In this document: positions 54,701 through 62,706 of the stretch, in pieces
Numbering within the stretch: position 1 is the first letter of the stretch
Layout of the letters: every line of letters begins with the position of its first letter
NCBI RefSeq assembly: GCF_037042905.1
Contig: NC_087252.1
Span: forward strand, 19,408,001 to 19,472,000
Reading direction: 5' to 3'
Length of the DNA: 64,000 nucleotides
DNA from: Lytechinus pictus
Lineage: Eukaryota
Notes under the pieces: generated by a model
Seen by the model: only the letters and a program-made list of their open reading frames with translations
Told to the model about the DNA's origin: nothing
Database searches by the model: none
Program-made: the position numbers and the translations under genes

Positions 54701-57700
54701 TCAAAGGACATTTTGCAAATCTACTGTAGTAAAATTTATGATACCTATGGATTTCCATAGAGTTATGATTGATTGGATCAATCGTAACTTTTTGTAAGAC
54801 GGGGCCCGGAAATTCCTATAGGCTTTGTTTCTGGGTCACCCGTTTTCAGGAAGCAATGGGTTAATTTTATTCTTTCCTGACTGGAACCACGAAGTCCATG
54901 TGGAAAGCCTACATAATAGTAAACAAGTTTACCAATCCTGCGTTCATTGGCCAAACATCATTCAAAGAATGTCCATAGTTATGGCTTGCAGTAAGACAGC
55001 ATACTTCCAGTTTCTTCTTTGTCAGTTTTCTTCTCTGACTTTCATTATTCACATTTTTTTCTGGCTCTGTATTTTCTCACTCCCATCCTCGCTCTGTGTT
55101 TCTTCTTTGTCAATTTCATTTTATCTCTTGCTGTCTCTATGCAAATTCATCTCTTTGCCTCAATACCCTTTCTATTTTTCTCCACCTCTTTTTACAATAC
55201 CCCTTATCACCTTTCCCCTCCCCTTCTATATTGTTATATCTTGATGTAATCACATTCCATTTCTCTCATCTCCATGGTCTCATTTCTACTTTGATATTCA
55301 ATAGATGATGTTGATCTTGCTCCTGGGGAGTCTATTACCATTGAGAGAAGTTGGTTGGATGGTGCTTACGGGGATCGCAACACACCCGCCAGCAACTTCT
55401 ACAACTTTACCCACTATGTTTTCACCTCTCCTCCTGGGACAACACTCTTTGTCGAGATGCAAGAGATCATTGTGGGTGGGGATCCCGGCCCCCTGCAAGC
55501 TCAGTTCAAAGTTTTAGTCGGGTCTGGAATCAATCCTGGCAATGATGAGAATACTGTAGCATACTTTGGTCTGTATCACAACAACACCATAAGTAATTCA
55601 ATACCTGATTCTGTGGGCTACGTGCTTATAGCCATCCCGAAAGATGTTAAAGCCAACGTCACGTTCCGAGTTACTGCAGTCGGTAAGAACCTTCTGCCTC
55701 TTTCTTCTACTTTGTCTTCTCTTTCCCCTTTTTTCTATTCTCCTTCCCCTCTTTATTCTGTTTTTTTTTCTTTGTCATTTATTATCCTGTGTGTGATCCA
55801 CTGGGTGCTTAAAGAAATGTCACTTTACATGAAAACATCGCTTTTACCCTGTACCATTACACCTGGATCTTATTGTACAACATTTATTAAGAGAAAATAA
55901 GAAAGCTGCATTCTGCATCTGTGTTGGGAAGCATACAATAGTTTAACTTGAATATCAAGGGGAAAATTAAACTGATGTATGTTTTGATTCATCTAAGAAG
56001 AGATACAAATTATGAATAGTCCTGGACCCCATTTCATAAAAAGTTTTTATGATAGCAACTCTTGCTAAAACATCAACTTTCATTGGAAGAGCCAATCAGG
56101 ATCATTTTCACTGTTGTCATGGTAGTTGACATTCCAGCAAAAGTTGCTATCCCAATTTTTTATGAACAGATTCATTTTCTATTCGTAAAGGGAAAAAAAT
56201 ACAAACCGGTGTGATATACAGTGCTGCTAATCACTGTGTTTAAGGACGTAGGTATTGCGTTTTTTCATGTTTTGTATACTTTGAAGAAAACCCATCGGGT
56301 AACTTTAATTTTACAGACTAGCTGTACGTGTTTTCTTAACTTTCAAAAGAAAGCATCCAACATGGATCAACTTAATTTCTTGCCACAGAATGTTCTGAGT
56401 TTTCATGCCCAACAAGCGATCCATTCTATGGTAATTGCATCTCTGAGGACTGGGTCTGTGACAACATAACTGATTGCTTGGATGGTAGCGATGAAGCTGA
56501 TTGTGACGGTGAGTTATGAATTCTAATGAGCTTCAATTACATTTAGCTGGTAAAGTTTCCAACACTATAAATGTCAATTTGATTCTGATGGTAAATGTTC
56601 AACCTTGATGAATGTTCATCAGATTTTGATGTTATATTTTGAAACATGATGAGTTAATTTTCCAATGCAGTGACTGTCACACACGGTTTCCTTGTTGAGG
56701 CCCCTCGAATGTCACACTTCCTTTGTGGTAATTTCTTAAAATAATCCTGTTTTGAAACCTTATGAATTCAGCCAATGAAAACTTTGGATTTCATGCTATT
56801 CAGAAATTTCAGAAATTAGAGAACTTGATGGAAAAAGTGTGATTTTTACCCAATTATATGGTGCCACTTATCAAAAGTGACATTAGGTAGTGTTCATATT
56901 TACTAGGAGGGACACTCTCTACAACGCATCAGTTCAGTTGAAAATGGAATTAAAACCACAATGGAGAGCTAAGAGGCTTTTGTCGAAAGTTAGTGGACTG
57001 GGACAGGAGATTACATGTATCTGAAGATTTGCACCCAACGAACAATTGTAAATATGCTGTGTCCAGAGTCATGAGATTCCGATGCTGTCCCAGTCCACCA
57101 ACTTCCATAAGCCTCTCAGCTTCCATTGTGATTTGACTTGCACTTTTAAAGGAATCGGTGTGTTGTACAGAGAATTTCCCTGTAGTAAATGCAAAAAACC
57201 TGGATTGTGACAAAGTGCAAACTTTCAGATTTATGGTGAAAATGTTATTTAGGCTCGGAGAAAGTTTTGCACAATTTGCAAGAGAAACAAGAGAAAAGAA
57301 ATTCTGTTTTGAGGCATGCTTGCAGGCCTGAATTCATATTTTTTATGAAAATAATATATACAAGTTAAACAACCAATTAATATAAAAAAGTAACATTTAC
57401 CTCTTAATTGGTGCTTGAGGGCAAAGTGGTAAAATTCTTAGGTAAAAAAATCTCACAATTCACATGATTTTTTAGGGAAGAGGGTTTGGTCGCAAGAGGA
57501 TTTCGATAAACCCAGCCTCTTCAACATTACCATATGATCTTCTATCTGAATGTTAATAATTTCCCTCACACAATGCACATGCCCATTGCCAAATTCAAAC
57601 TTCCTACGCAATCCTATTTGTTCACTCGCATATTTTTAAATATATATATTTATTTTTTCTTTGTCATCAATAGCTTGCCCTGAAGGTCTGTACCCATGCT

Positions 57701-58518
57701 ACTTTGACGATTCAATCTGTCTTGATTATACTGTCGTTGGATGCGATGGAAACTATGATTGCCCAGGTGGTACTGATGAATACAACTGTACAGGTAAGAT
57801 TCTTCTTTCTCATTATATTATATAAAGAGGCCTTTGACAACAAAAACCAGGGCACCACTGCATTAAAGTTACCACTATGGTGAATTTGCCATCCAATGGT
57901 AACTAGCAGGAAATCCTTTAGTTTCATTGGCTGTTGATCAGTGATACCATGGTATTAACCATTGGATGGCAAAGTTACCATAATAGTAACTTTTGTAGAA
58001 CAGGGCACTGGCTCCTTTATGCATAGAAGAGAGTGATAATGATCCAATTCATTTTAGTGATATCAAAATGACCATCCAAGCCTTTCTACTGTATTTCGAA
58101 ATGAATGTATGTGCCAACTTATTCTGGCCAAGTGATGGTTCTTTTTCCTGGCATCCCAGTTTATAGGTGATGCTCTAATATGTATATGTTATATTCATGA
58201 TTTTTCGCTGTTGATTACAGTGTTTCACAATGTTATGTTTACCTAACCCTACTACATATAGATCTATGCTGGTATCATAACAATTGACTTTTATTTGAAA
58301 GACTTTCTCAGGATATTTTTGCTTCCTGCAACTGATGTAACTTAACTTTGACATATTAATTTGTATTTCTTGTATCTTTCCTTTAATAGACTTAGGATGT
58401 TTTGCGTGTCCTGGTTTTTCATCATGCTTACATGACCTTCAAGTTTGTAACTACTATAACGATTGTCCTTATGGGGAAGATGAGACAGAAGCTCGCTGCA
58501 AACACTCTGATTTTGTCA
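655..58518 (+). CDS. Multi-exon gene fragment (24 exons, ~1106 aa): SEA + mucin stalk + 12 LDLa + 3 CUB-like domains; extracellular or cell-surface mosaic protein, incomplete at both ends
   Basis: All exons listed below have AG/GT boundaries, their phases chain consistently and the joined frame has no stop. Domains were recognised from motifs. Confidence 0.9.
1053..1868. mobile_element. Non-autonomous TIR element, apparently a tandem dimer, GAAGAG...CTCTTC ends
   Basis: Inverted ends sharing TTGCAAAAGGGGTTAGGTCCA; ATTT on both flanks; internal end/start junction near 1470. Confidence 0.75.
1963..1980 (+). CDS. 18-nt micro-exon (QPLIEI), phase 1-1
   Basis: Pyrimidine tract + cctgcag|AACCCCTTATTGAGATAG|gtaagt; frame-preserving. 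Confidence 0.6.
   Translation, partial: NPLLR
2747..3345. mobile_element. ~600 bp MITE, AGGACAAGTCCACCCC family (Kolobok-like)
   Basis: Homologous to the copies at 9111, 24208 and 36064; palindromic structure. Confidence 0.8.
3518..3630 (+). CDS. SEA domain exon 1 ([37 protein letters not shown])
   Basis: tttag|...|gtaagt; Y-x-x-x-L-x-D-x-x-S-x-E-Y pattern typical of the SEA N-terminal half; phase 1-0. Confidence 0.88.
9111..9687. mobile_element. Kolobok-like MITE copy
   Basis: AGGACAAGTCCACCCC...GGGGTGAACTTGACCT|TTAA. Confidence 0.85.
10055..11340. repeat. AT-rich ~130-150 bp tandem array in the right arm of the foldback element (inverted, shorter array at ~4790-5258)
   Basis: Recurrent GAACTTCCACACATA...GATACCTCT...TCACAAAAG units. 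Confidence 0.9.
11813..14824. mobile_element. 3.0 kb non-autonomous DNA transposon (hAT- or P-like) inserted into the right TIR of the foldback element
   Basis: 23-bp perfect TIR CACTGAACTAGAGATACGTGGAA; perfect 8-bp TSD GGCCTGTA. Confidence 0.93.
13047..14520. mobile_element. hAT (Blackjack-like) non-autonomous element nested in the 3.0 kb element
   Basis: TIR CAGGGTGACCAGA / TCTGGTCACCCTG, GTCCCG subterminal repeats; no clear TSD. Confidence 0.75.
15253..16635. mobile_element. hAT-like non-autonomous element with GCGAGCGCGAAGCGCGAG internal repeats
   Basis: TGGCGTAGCTA / TAGCTACGCCA inverted ends; AGCACTCAT near both flanks. Confidence 0.75.
17831..17892 (+). CDS. SEA domain exon 2 ([21 protein letters not shown])
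   Basis: tacag|...TTTAG|gtaaat; phase 0-2, links the exons on both sides. Confidence 0.85.
18646..18821 (+). CDS. SEA domain exon 3 ([19 protein letters not shown]...AAVELSN)
   Basis: Completes the FRPGSIV motif across the splice junction; aag acceptor, gtatgt donor; phase 2-1. Confidence 0.85.
18866..19406. mobile_element. Older TTAA-flanked MITE (Kolobok-like)
   Basis: TTAA|GGGGAAGTTCAC...GTGACCTTCCCCT|TTAA. Confidence 0.65.
19853..19879 (+). CDS. 27-nt micro-exon (VVILEATTT), phase 1-1
   Basis: Long pyrimidine tract + ttacag|...ACAG|gtaagc. Confidence 0.72.
19978..20374. mobile_element. Small palindromic TIR element with short internal repeats
   Basis: CCAATTCGTCTA / TAGACGAATTGG inverted ends; interrupts the first unit of the C-rich satellite. 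Confidence 0.65.
20380..21600. repeat. C-rich minisatellite, ~110 bp unit, ~11 copies
   Basis: Repeated ...CTACTAAAGTCCCAGCCCTCCGCTCCCCATCCCCTG... Confidence 0.96.
22214..22486 (+). CDS. Mucin-like Thr/Pro/Glu exon ([16 protein letters not shown] repeats)
   Basis: ttttcag|...AAAG|gtaaga; 273 nt, phase 1-1; overlaps ORF 22135..22515. Confidence 0.9.
22556..22757. mobile_element. ~200 bp palindromic MITE (second copy at ~51300-51507)
   Basis: GGGGTATTTCACAAAGATTT / AAATCTTTGTGAAACACCCC. Confidence 0.8.
24076..24189 (+). CDS. LDLa exon 1 ([37 protein letters not shown])
   Basis: 6 Cys, CDxxxDCxDGxDE motif, splice sites, phase 1-1. Confidence 0.93.
24208..24790. mobile_element. Kolobok-like MITE copy, 18 nt downstream of an exon donor
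   Basis: TTAA|AGGACAAGTCCACCCC...GGGTGGACTTGACCT. Confidence 0.85.
25288..25758. mobile_element. MITE with poly-G-CACTC / GAGTG-poly-C ends (related element at ~38078-38430)
   Basis: Inverted termini, GC-rich interior. Confidence 0.6.
25875..26015 (+). CDS. LDLa exon 2 ([46 protein letters not shown])
   Basis: 6 Cys LDLa pattern; acag|...|gttagt; absent from the ORF track. Confidence 0.92.
26187..29348. mobile_element. 3.2 kb foldback element with ~650 bp modular TIRs (AAGATGGCCGCC repeats)
   Basis: TAGTCGATTTGACA / TGTCAAATCGACTA ends; TCCCTCC on both flanks. Confidence 0.88.
27235..28420 (+). pseudogene. Decayed, 5'-truncated RTE-type LINE reverse transcriptase fragment
   Basis: Broken motifs [48 protein letters not shown]...L.IKWQDRV; many frameshifts and stops. 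Confidence 0.85.
30322..30527 (+). CDS. CUB-like domain 1, 5' exon ([19 protein letters not shown]...[11 protein letters not shown])
   Basis: ggcag|...GAG|gtaagc; phase 1-0; NPxSYPxxY and VSVGSGxDP motifs. Confidence 0.85.
31811..32473. mobile_element. CAT...ATG-ended TIR element, copy 1, with a nested MITE at ~32232-32368
   Basis: CATGACGAAA...ACGTAATG; AGAA on both flanks; inverted homolog at 33490. Confidence 0.75.
32597..33154. mobile_element. TIR element CAGACCTTCA...TGAAGGACTG with 6-bp flanking direct repeat
   Basis: TTGACT on both sides. Confidence 0.65.
33490..34120. mobile_element. CAT...ATG-ended TIR element, copy 2 (opposite orientation), inserted in a MITE spanning ~33412-34219
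   Basis: Reverse-complement match to 31811-32473. Confidence 0.75.
34374..34717. mobile_element. Palindromic MITE GGCCCAAATTCA...TGAATTTGGGCC
   Basis: Long inverted arms. Confidence 0.8.
34846..35008 (+). CDS. CUB-like domain 1, 3' exon ([16 protein letters not shown]...LVRVSAF)
   Basis: ctcag|...TTTA|gtaggt; phase 0-1; aligns with the C-terminal halves of the other two domains (FRVTAI/FRVTAV). Confidence 0.85.
35787..36050 (+). mobile_element. tRNA-derived SINE (decayed copy at ~50501-50870 is interrupted by a MITE)
   Basis: A box TGGCCCAGTGA, B box GGTTCGAATCC, core CCCAGGTGAGGTAAATGGGTAC, AT-rich tail. Confidence 0.85.
36064..36663. mobile_element. Kolobok-like MITE, intact copy
   Basis: TTAA TSD on both sides; AGG...CCT termini. 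Confidence 0.9.
36811..36927 (+). CDS. LDLa exon 3 ([38 protein letters not shown])
   Basis: 6 Cys, GEDE motif, accag|...|gtaagt. Confidence 0.92.
37303..37757. mobile_element. GGCCC(C/T)GTCTTA MITE family (another copy at ~54545-54806)
   Basis: Inverted ends and shared interior. Confidence 0.7.
39924..43853. mobile_element. Long-TIR (MULE-like) element whose right arm is split by a ~2.2 kb insertion (~41493-43684)
   Basis: 39924-40540 mirrors 41070-41492 plus 43685-43853; flanks ATAAGTTGA / ATAAGTCAA (9 bp, 2 mismatches). Confidence 0.72.
41520..42740. repeat. 11-13 bp minisatellite (ACAGGACAGTATC / ACAGGAATACC) with orientation switches
   Basis: Forward blocks alternate with reverse-complement blocks (~41970-42080, ~42345-42740). 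Confidence 0.9.
43880..43996 (+). CDS. LDLa exon 4 ([38 protein letters not shown])
   Basis: Canonical LDLa motif, splice sites, phase 1-1. Confidence 0.94.
44290..44720. repeat. 25-bp minisatellite GAATGGTAGGCCAATGGTGGATAGT, ~17 copies
   Basis: Directly visible period of 25. Confidence 0.96.
44943..46418. mobile_element. 1.48 kb almost fully palindromic foldback element
   Basis: TA|GGGTCATTCCAT...ATGGAATGACCC|TA; ~710 bp arms, ~38 bp spacer; near-identical ORFs on opposite strands. Confidence 0.93.
46481..46586 (+). pseudogene. Decayed relic of an LDLa exon 3' half plus donor (paralog of the exon at 51886)
   Basis: GATGAATACAGGTGTGAAG|gtaaaaatactaggatggag vs GATGAATATGGATGTGAAG|gtaagaatactaggctggag. 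Confidence 0.75.
46866..46985 (+). CDS. LDLa exon 5 ([39 protein letters not shown])
   Basis: LDLa motif, aacag|...|gtaaga. Confidence 0.94.
47340..47841. mobile_element. Tc1/mariner-like MITE
   Basis: GTGCGTCCCAGAAAAAAGGAA / TTCCTTTTTGGTGGGGCGCAC ends, TA flanks. Confidence 0.65.
47927..48049 (+). CDS. LDLa exon 6 ([40 protein letters not shown])
   Basis: LDLa motif, cttag|...|gtaagt. Confidence 0.92.
48996..49156 (+). CDS. CUB-like domain 2, 5' exon (LHDIQVGVW...[30 protein letters not shown])
   Basis: caaag|...CAG|gtttgt; phase 1-0; paralogous to the exon at 55305. Confidence 0.88.
49466..50121. mobile_element. piggyBac-like non-autonomous element (related partial copies at ~29640-30290 and ~43150-43680)
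   Basis: TTAA|CCCTATCTAGGCC...GGCCTAGATAGGG|TTAA. Confidence 0.88.
51013..51250 (+). CDS. CUB-like domain 2, 3' exon (NLTVNLTG...[24 protein letters not shown])
   Basis: ttcag|...ATAG|gtagga; phase 0-1. Confidence 0.88.
51886..52005 (+). CDS. LDLa exon 7 ([39 protein letters not shown])
   Basis: 6 Cys, SGEDE motif, splice sites. Confidence 0.92.
52257..52500 (+). mobile_element. Degenerate tRNA-derived SINE, second family
   Basis: GCTCAGTTGGTAGAGC A box, decayed B box, non-tRNA body. Confidence 0.6.
52541..52654 (+). CDS. LDLa exon 8 ([37 protein letters not shown])
   Basis: LDLa motif, gacag|...|gtaagt. Confidence 0.93.
52738..53240. repeat. 18-bp minisatellite CTTGTTCTTATACTAATA, ~27 copies
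   Basis: Directly visible. Confidence 0.96.
54095..54217 (+). CDS. LDLa exon 9 ([40 protein letters not shown])
   Basis: LDLa motif, taaag|...|gtaaga. Confidence 0.9.
55305..55682 (+). CDS. CUB-like domain 3, single exon ([13 protein letters not shown]...[15 protein letters not shown]...NVTFRVTAV)
   Basis: aatag|...GTCG|gtaaga; 378 nt, phase 1-1. Confidence 0.9.
56389..56508 (+). CDS. LDLa exon 10 ([39 protein letters not shown])
   Basis: Canonical LDLa motif, cacag|...|gtgagt. Confidence 0.94.
57674..57793 (+). CDS. LDLa exon 11 ([39 protein letters not shown])
   Basis: LDLa motif; close paralog of the exon at 46866. Confidence 0.94.
58396..58518 (+). CDS. LDLa exon 12 ([40 protein letters not shown])
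   Basis: LDLa motif; paralog of the exon at 47927; alternative in-frame acceptor would start at 58390. Confidence 0.92.
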
Positions 58519-58664
58519 GTAAGTTTATTGTTTTTATATGTATATGCACACACACACATATATATATATATATATCTTTGAGATCAAGAGTATGGAGAGG
58601 ATGTTGCAAGATAATACAAATTTTCTTCATCTTTCGTGGGCTTGCCTTTCATCAGGATTATTAA

Positions 58665-59231
58665 AGGGGTGCTCAGAGCTGAAGAAATTTATATCTACAT
58701 GTAAATAAATAGAGTAAAATTCTCAAGAGTAAAATGCTGATAATTTAATCAAAATCGGATAACAAATAGCAAAGTTAGTGAATTTTAAAGTTAAGCAATA
58801 TTTTGGGAAAACAGTTAAAGACACATCATCATGAATACTCATTAAGTGGGCTGATGATATTACATCCCCATTTTCCTTTTTCTAATGTTATTACATGAAA
58901 TCATAATTGTTTCATTTTTTCATACATGTGTGAATGATATGTCTCCATTGTAATGATATGATTTGCAGCAATAAATATCAAATGCACTAAATCAGTTGTC
59001 AATCCAATTGTTTTAGTTCTTGGTAGAAATTTTTTGGATGAACCTAATTTCAAATAAGAAAATACAAAAGAACAAGTGGGGATATGACATCATCAGCCCA
59101 CCTAATTAATATTCATGAAGACATGCCTAGAACTGTTTCACCGGAATAATGCAAACCTCTAAAATTCAATAACTTTGTTATTTGTTCTCCGATTTTGATT
59201 AGATTTTGAGCATTTAGCCTGGACCATTCCT
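58665..59231. mobile_element. TTAA-flanked MITE (Kolobok-like, different subfamily)
   Basis: TTAA|AGGGGTGCTC...GACCATTCCT|TTAA; palindromic interior. Confidence 0.75.
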
Positions 59232-59276
59232 TTAATAAGTTCCATAGGCATTACACAGAATAAAATGAAGTGCCAT

Positions 59277-59333
<57 letters not shown>

Positions 59334-59789
59334 ATTTGGACCATAGGGGGAATATACGTCTGAAAAAGAGGTATCTTTAGGGGAATTCGTTCCAAAGGGG
59401 AATTTTTCAGTTCCCCGTAAGGGTTTGACAGTGTTTTTCATTGCCTTGCCATTGTCCTGCACGCTTCAGACTGTTCCAAAGTGGAGTACAGAGGTCGTAG
59501 TACGTGTAGACTGAGGACTGGTCCATTTGTCTAATTTAGGGGGGATCAACAGCGATGCAAAATTTCGGTGTGTATATTCGGGTGTATGGAAAAACGGCTC
59601 CTTGGGGGAATGTAGGTATTTCTCCTTTATCTTCAATAAAGTATATATATGTTTTTATTATCTCACTACCATAAAGAACTCCGGAGTAAAAGACATATTT
59701 TGTGCTAATATGAATTATAAATATCATCTAGTTTTTGCTTAGGAAGAAATATATAAAAAACACCCCCTCAAAACCAAATCGCTTAAAAT

Positions 59790-59993
59790 GTGGGTATCCC
59801 CCCGTGCGTACGCTCGGATAGAAGCCAGTACGTAATAATACGTGCATGAGAAGCGCGCGCGCGCGCTGCAAGCAACAACCACGCGGCGTGGATCTGGCTA
59901 GCCTGGAGTAACGTTCTGTGGTCTGGAAGTTCGATCTGAAGTTCCATAAAATGGTGGCTGTTTCAAGGTTGTGAGAGTGATACGATGGTAAGT
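59790..59993 (+). promoter_or_regulatory. CpG-rich putative promoter and first exon of the SET gene, donor ATG|gtaagt at 59987/59988
   Basis: Local CpG enrichment, (GC)n run, AAAATGG(T)GGC YY1-like motif; the ATG splices in frame to GTCACCATG at 61296. Confidence 0.5.
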
Positions 59994-60581
59994 AGTTTTG
60001 TCCCCATGTTAAACTGTATGAATTAGATTTAACGTTAGGCCTGTCTTATGTTATCGGCCATTATAAATCGTGAAATCGTCTAACGTTAACTGTTGAGTGT
60101 TGTTTGTTCGTATGTGCTCGCATTGTACTATTGGCTATGTCTGTAGCAGTTGTAATGCAACTTGTAAATGTAATGTGTATTGTCATATCTAACTTAGATG
60201 TGAGTAACGTTAGTAAGTTAGGCTTTGAAAGTAGGAATGTTGTCCCCAGGCAGGGGCCTGTTTCTCGATAAGTAGACTTCTTGGCTAAGTCAGATAAAAG
60301 ATTATTAGGTCTAGACTAGTCAAGAAGTTGACGTATGATGGTTTTGAGAAACAGGCCAGGCCCAGGCCAGGCCCAGGCAGCTGGACTGACGAAATAAACG
60401 GCAGTGAATCATGACATGGACCTGTGACACTGACAGATTTCATGATGATGCTATTTAACGTTAAACGTTATCTGTTTGACGCCACGGGGGGGGGGGGGGG
60501 GGTCGGGGACACCGGAGTCTGTACCCGTGAACAGCTTGGCCCCGCTACGAATAGTGGGGCGGGGGGGGGGGGGGCTCTTAC

Positions 60582-61023
60582 CACCGGCGTAAATCCACTT
60601 TGGGGAGTGGGGGGGATGATCAACATTTTTGATGACCCCCTAGGGCCCTAACGCACATTTTATTATTTTGCGAGCGAGCGAAGCGACCGAGCTAGAAATT
60701 ACCAGTTTTCGCACATTTCCTAACTTATTTTGCGAGCGAGCGAAGCGAGCGAGCCAAAAAAGACCAGTTTACGCTCATTGTTTTACTTATTTCGTGAGCG
60801 AGCAAGTCAAAAATGACCACTTTACTGGTTTTAATCGCATTTTCAGATAGAAATTCTAAAATATAATGGTCATTTATGACAAATTATCAAAAACATAACT
60901 AACTGGTAAATTAAAATATCATTTTTGTGTGAAAAGGTGGGGGGATATTTGTACACACCATCCCCTCCTCAAAAAAGTGGGGGGGGATATATCACCCCCA
61001 TCCCCCCGGGATTTACGCCAGTG
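60582..61023. mobile_element. 442 bp hAT-like MITE in the first intron of the SET gene
   Basis: TIR CAC(C/T)GGCGTAAATCC; perfect 8-bp TSD GCTCTTAC. Confidence 0.9.
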
Positions 61024-61301
61024 GCTCTTACACACATGCCAGGTTATCAGATGTTGGAAGTGTAGGGTGATAAATGCTTAGTACCTGATGAACACTTGCA
61101 GTCCGGCACCCTCACTCAGTAACTATGCTTTTTTGTAAACCTTCTGCAGTTCTTTGAAGTAAATTAGCCAATTATGTCTTATTTGAATATAATTTTCACT
61201 CTAAAGACTGAAATTTCTTTTAATATCAATGCTAAGCAAAGACATCGTATGATGTTACATGTGGTACACAAGCTGAAAAATATTTGTCATATCAGGTCAC
61301 C

Positions 61302-61413
61302 ATGAGTCGGAGCAGAAGACCCCGTGTTTCCCCAAGAGAGGAGGCCAACAAATGGTGTGGAATTGGATCTGACCAGGAAGGATTTGAAATAAAGTTCATC
61401 AATAAATCTATAG
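61302..61413 (+). CDS. SET-domain protein, coding exon (MSRSRRPRVSPREEANKWCGIGSDQEGFEIKFINKSI-G); exon begins at 61296
   Basis: atcag|GTCACCATG...ATAG|gtgggt; ends in phase 1 just before the SET GxG motif. Confidence 0.78.
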
Positions 61414-62395
61414 GTGGGTCAAACTAAAGTTTATATCTATGCATGGACTGACGTACACAGGACATGATTGATGTATTCATGTCCTGTGTACCGAGGAAAG
61501 GATGTACATGTATCTTCGCAACCTTTTGAATTTCTCCTTAAATACTCAAATTCTCCATCAGACACATGAAGTGCAAATGAAAAAGAAATTATGTTACAGA
61601 TACTGGTTGAAATCTAGTACTTTTCAGATTGGATACATGAAGAAAGAATGGTGACACCAACAAGTTGGTAAATTTGAAGGGAATGGGTGGGTGTGTTGGA
61701 CATAGAAAATGCCTTGAGATATAATAATGCGACACTCTAAAAGCATTGTATACAATTACAAAGGAAGATTTCTTAAGACGCAAGGAAATTTCATATTTAT
61801 CTAGATGAATAGGTAAAATATGGCTCAGAACACAAAAGATTCTTTAGAAAATATGTTAATATATGATAGTTAAATGATGTAACAGGAGTTAACCGAAAGG
61901 TTTTATGGGGAACTCTATAGTAAGCAGTGGGCAGGAGTGAGAGAAATTACCCTTGTATTGGGCCTATTTATAAGGCAATTTTTATGCAAACTTTAAGGTT
62001 TTTGCACTATTTATCAAATGTAACTGGGATATAAAATCTGTTATATTTTAAATGAGAATGCTGTTAAATTGTACCTTAATTGGGTGATGGAATGAAGGCT
62101 CATATTGGGGAAGGCTAGGTAAATTACGATCGGGTAATTGTAATTCATTTAATAACTTTACCATGTTTTTTATCAGTAAAAAAAAAATTTCTCTTTCCAA
62201 CTTTCTTTGAGAAAATGTGAATAGGCATGTTTTACTTTTGGAAAGTGATTTACATGCATGTAAGTGGTTTTCAGAGAATTTCACAACCCTTACCAATACC
62301 GGTACTTTTTGTAGGAGCTCTGCTCTTGCATTTTGGCTATGCATACTCCTTTGAACTGGATGGGTAATATTTTTTCTTTTGTAATTGTACTGTAG

Positions 62396-62534
62396 GCTAT
62401 GGACTTTACACAACAAGGCAGTTTGAGAAGGACAGCTTTCTCCTAGAATATAGGGGTGTGCTAAGTGTAGCATCTGAGGACACTGAAAACGAAGAATACA
62501 CCTTTCATTTCAAGCATCAGGGGGCTGACTATAA
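62396..62534 (+). CDS. SET-domain protein, next exon (GYGLYTTRQFEKDSFLLEYRGVLSVASEDTENEEYTFHFKHQGADY)
   Basis: tgtag|...|gtaagt; GxG[LV][FY]xxxxFxKxxF[LV]xEYxG is the N-terminal SET signature; phase matches the previous exon. Confidence 0.82.
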
Positions 62535-62706
62535 GTAAGTTCAATTTAAAAATATGCACTGGTATAAACGACTTATTTGACTTTATTTCAGTACATTATA
62601 ATTATTTTTCATAATGTTATGTTAGTTTAAATACATCATACTCATAGTATGGCAGCATGTATTAAGGTTGTGTTTCAGAGGTACCACTGTACTGGCCATC
62701 TACATT

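Noticed and set aside
61628..61812. Exon-like segment (ttttcag ... gtaaaa) between the two SET exons
   Set aside because: Has a stop in the required frame; the flanking exons join perfectly without it.
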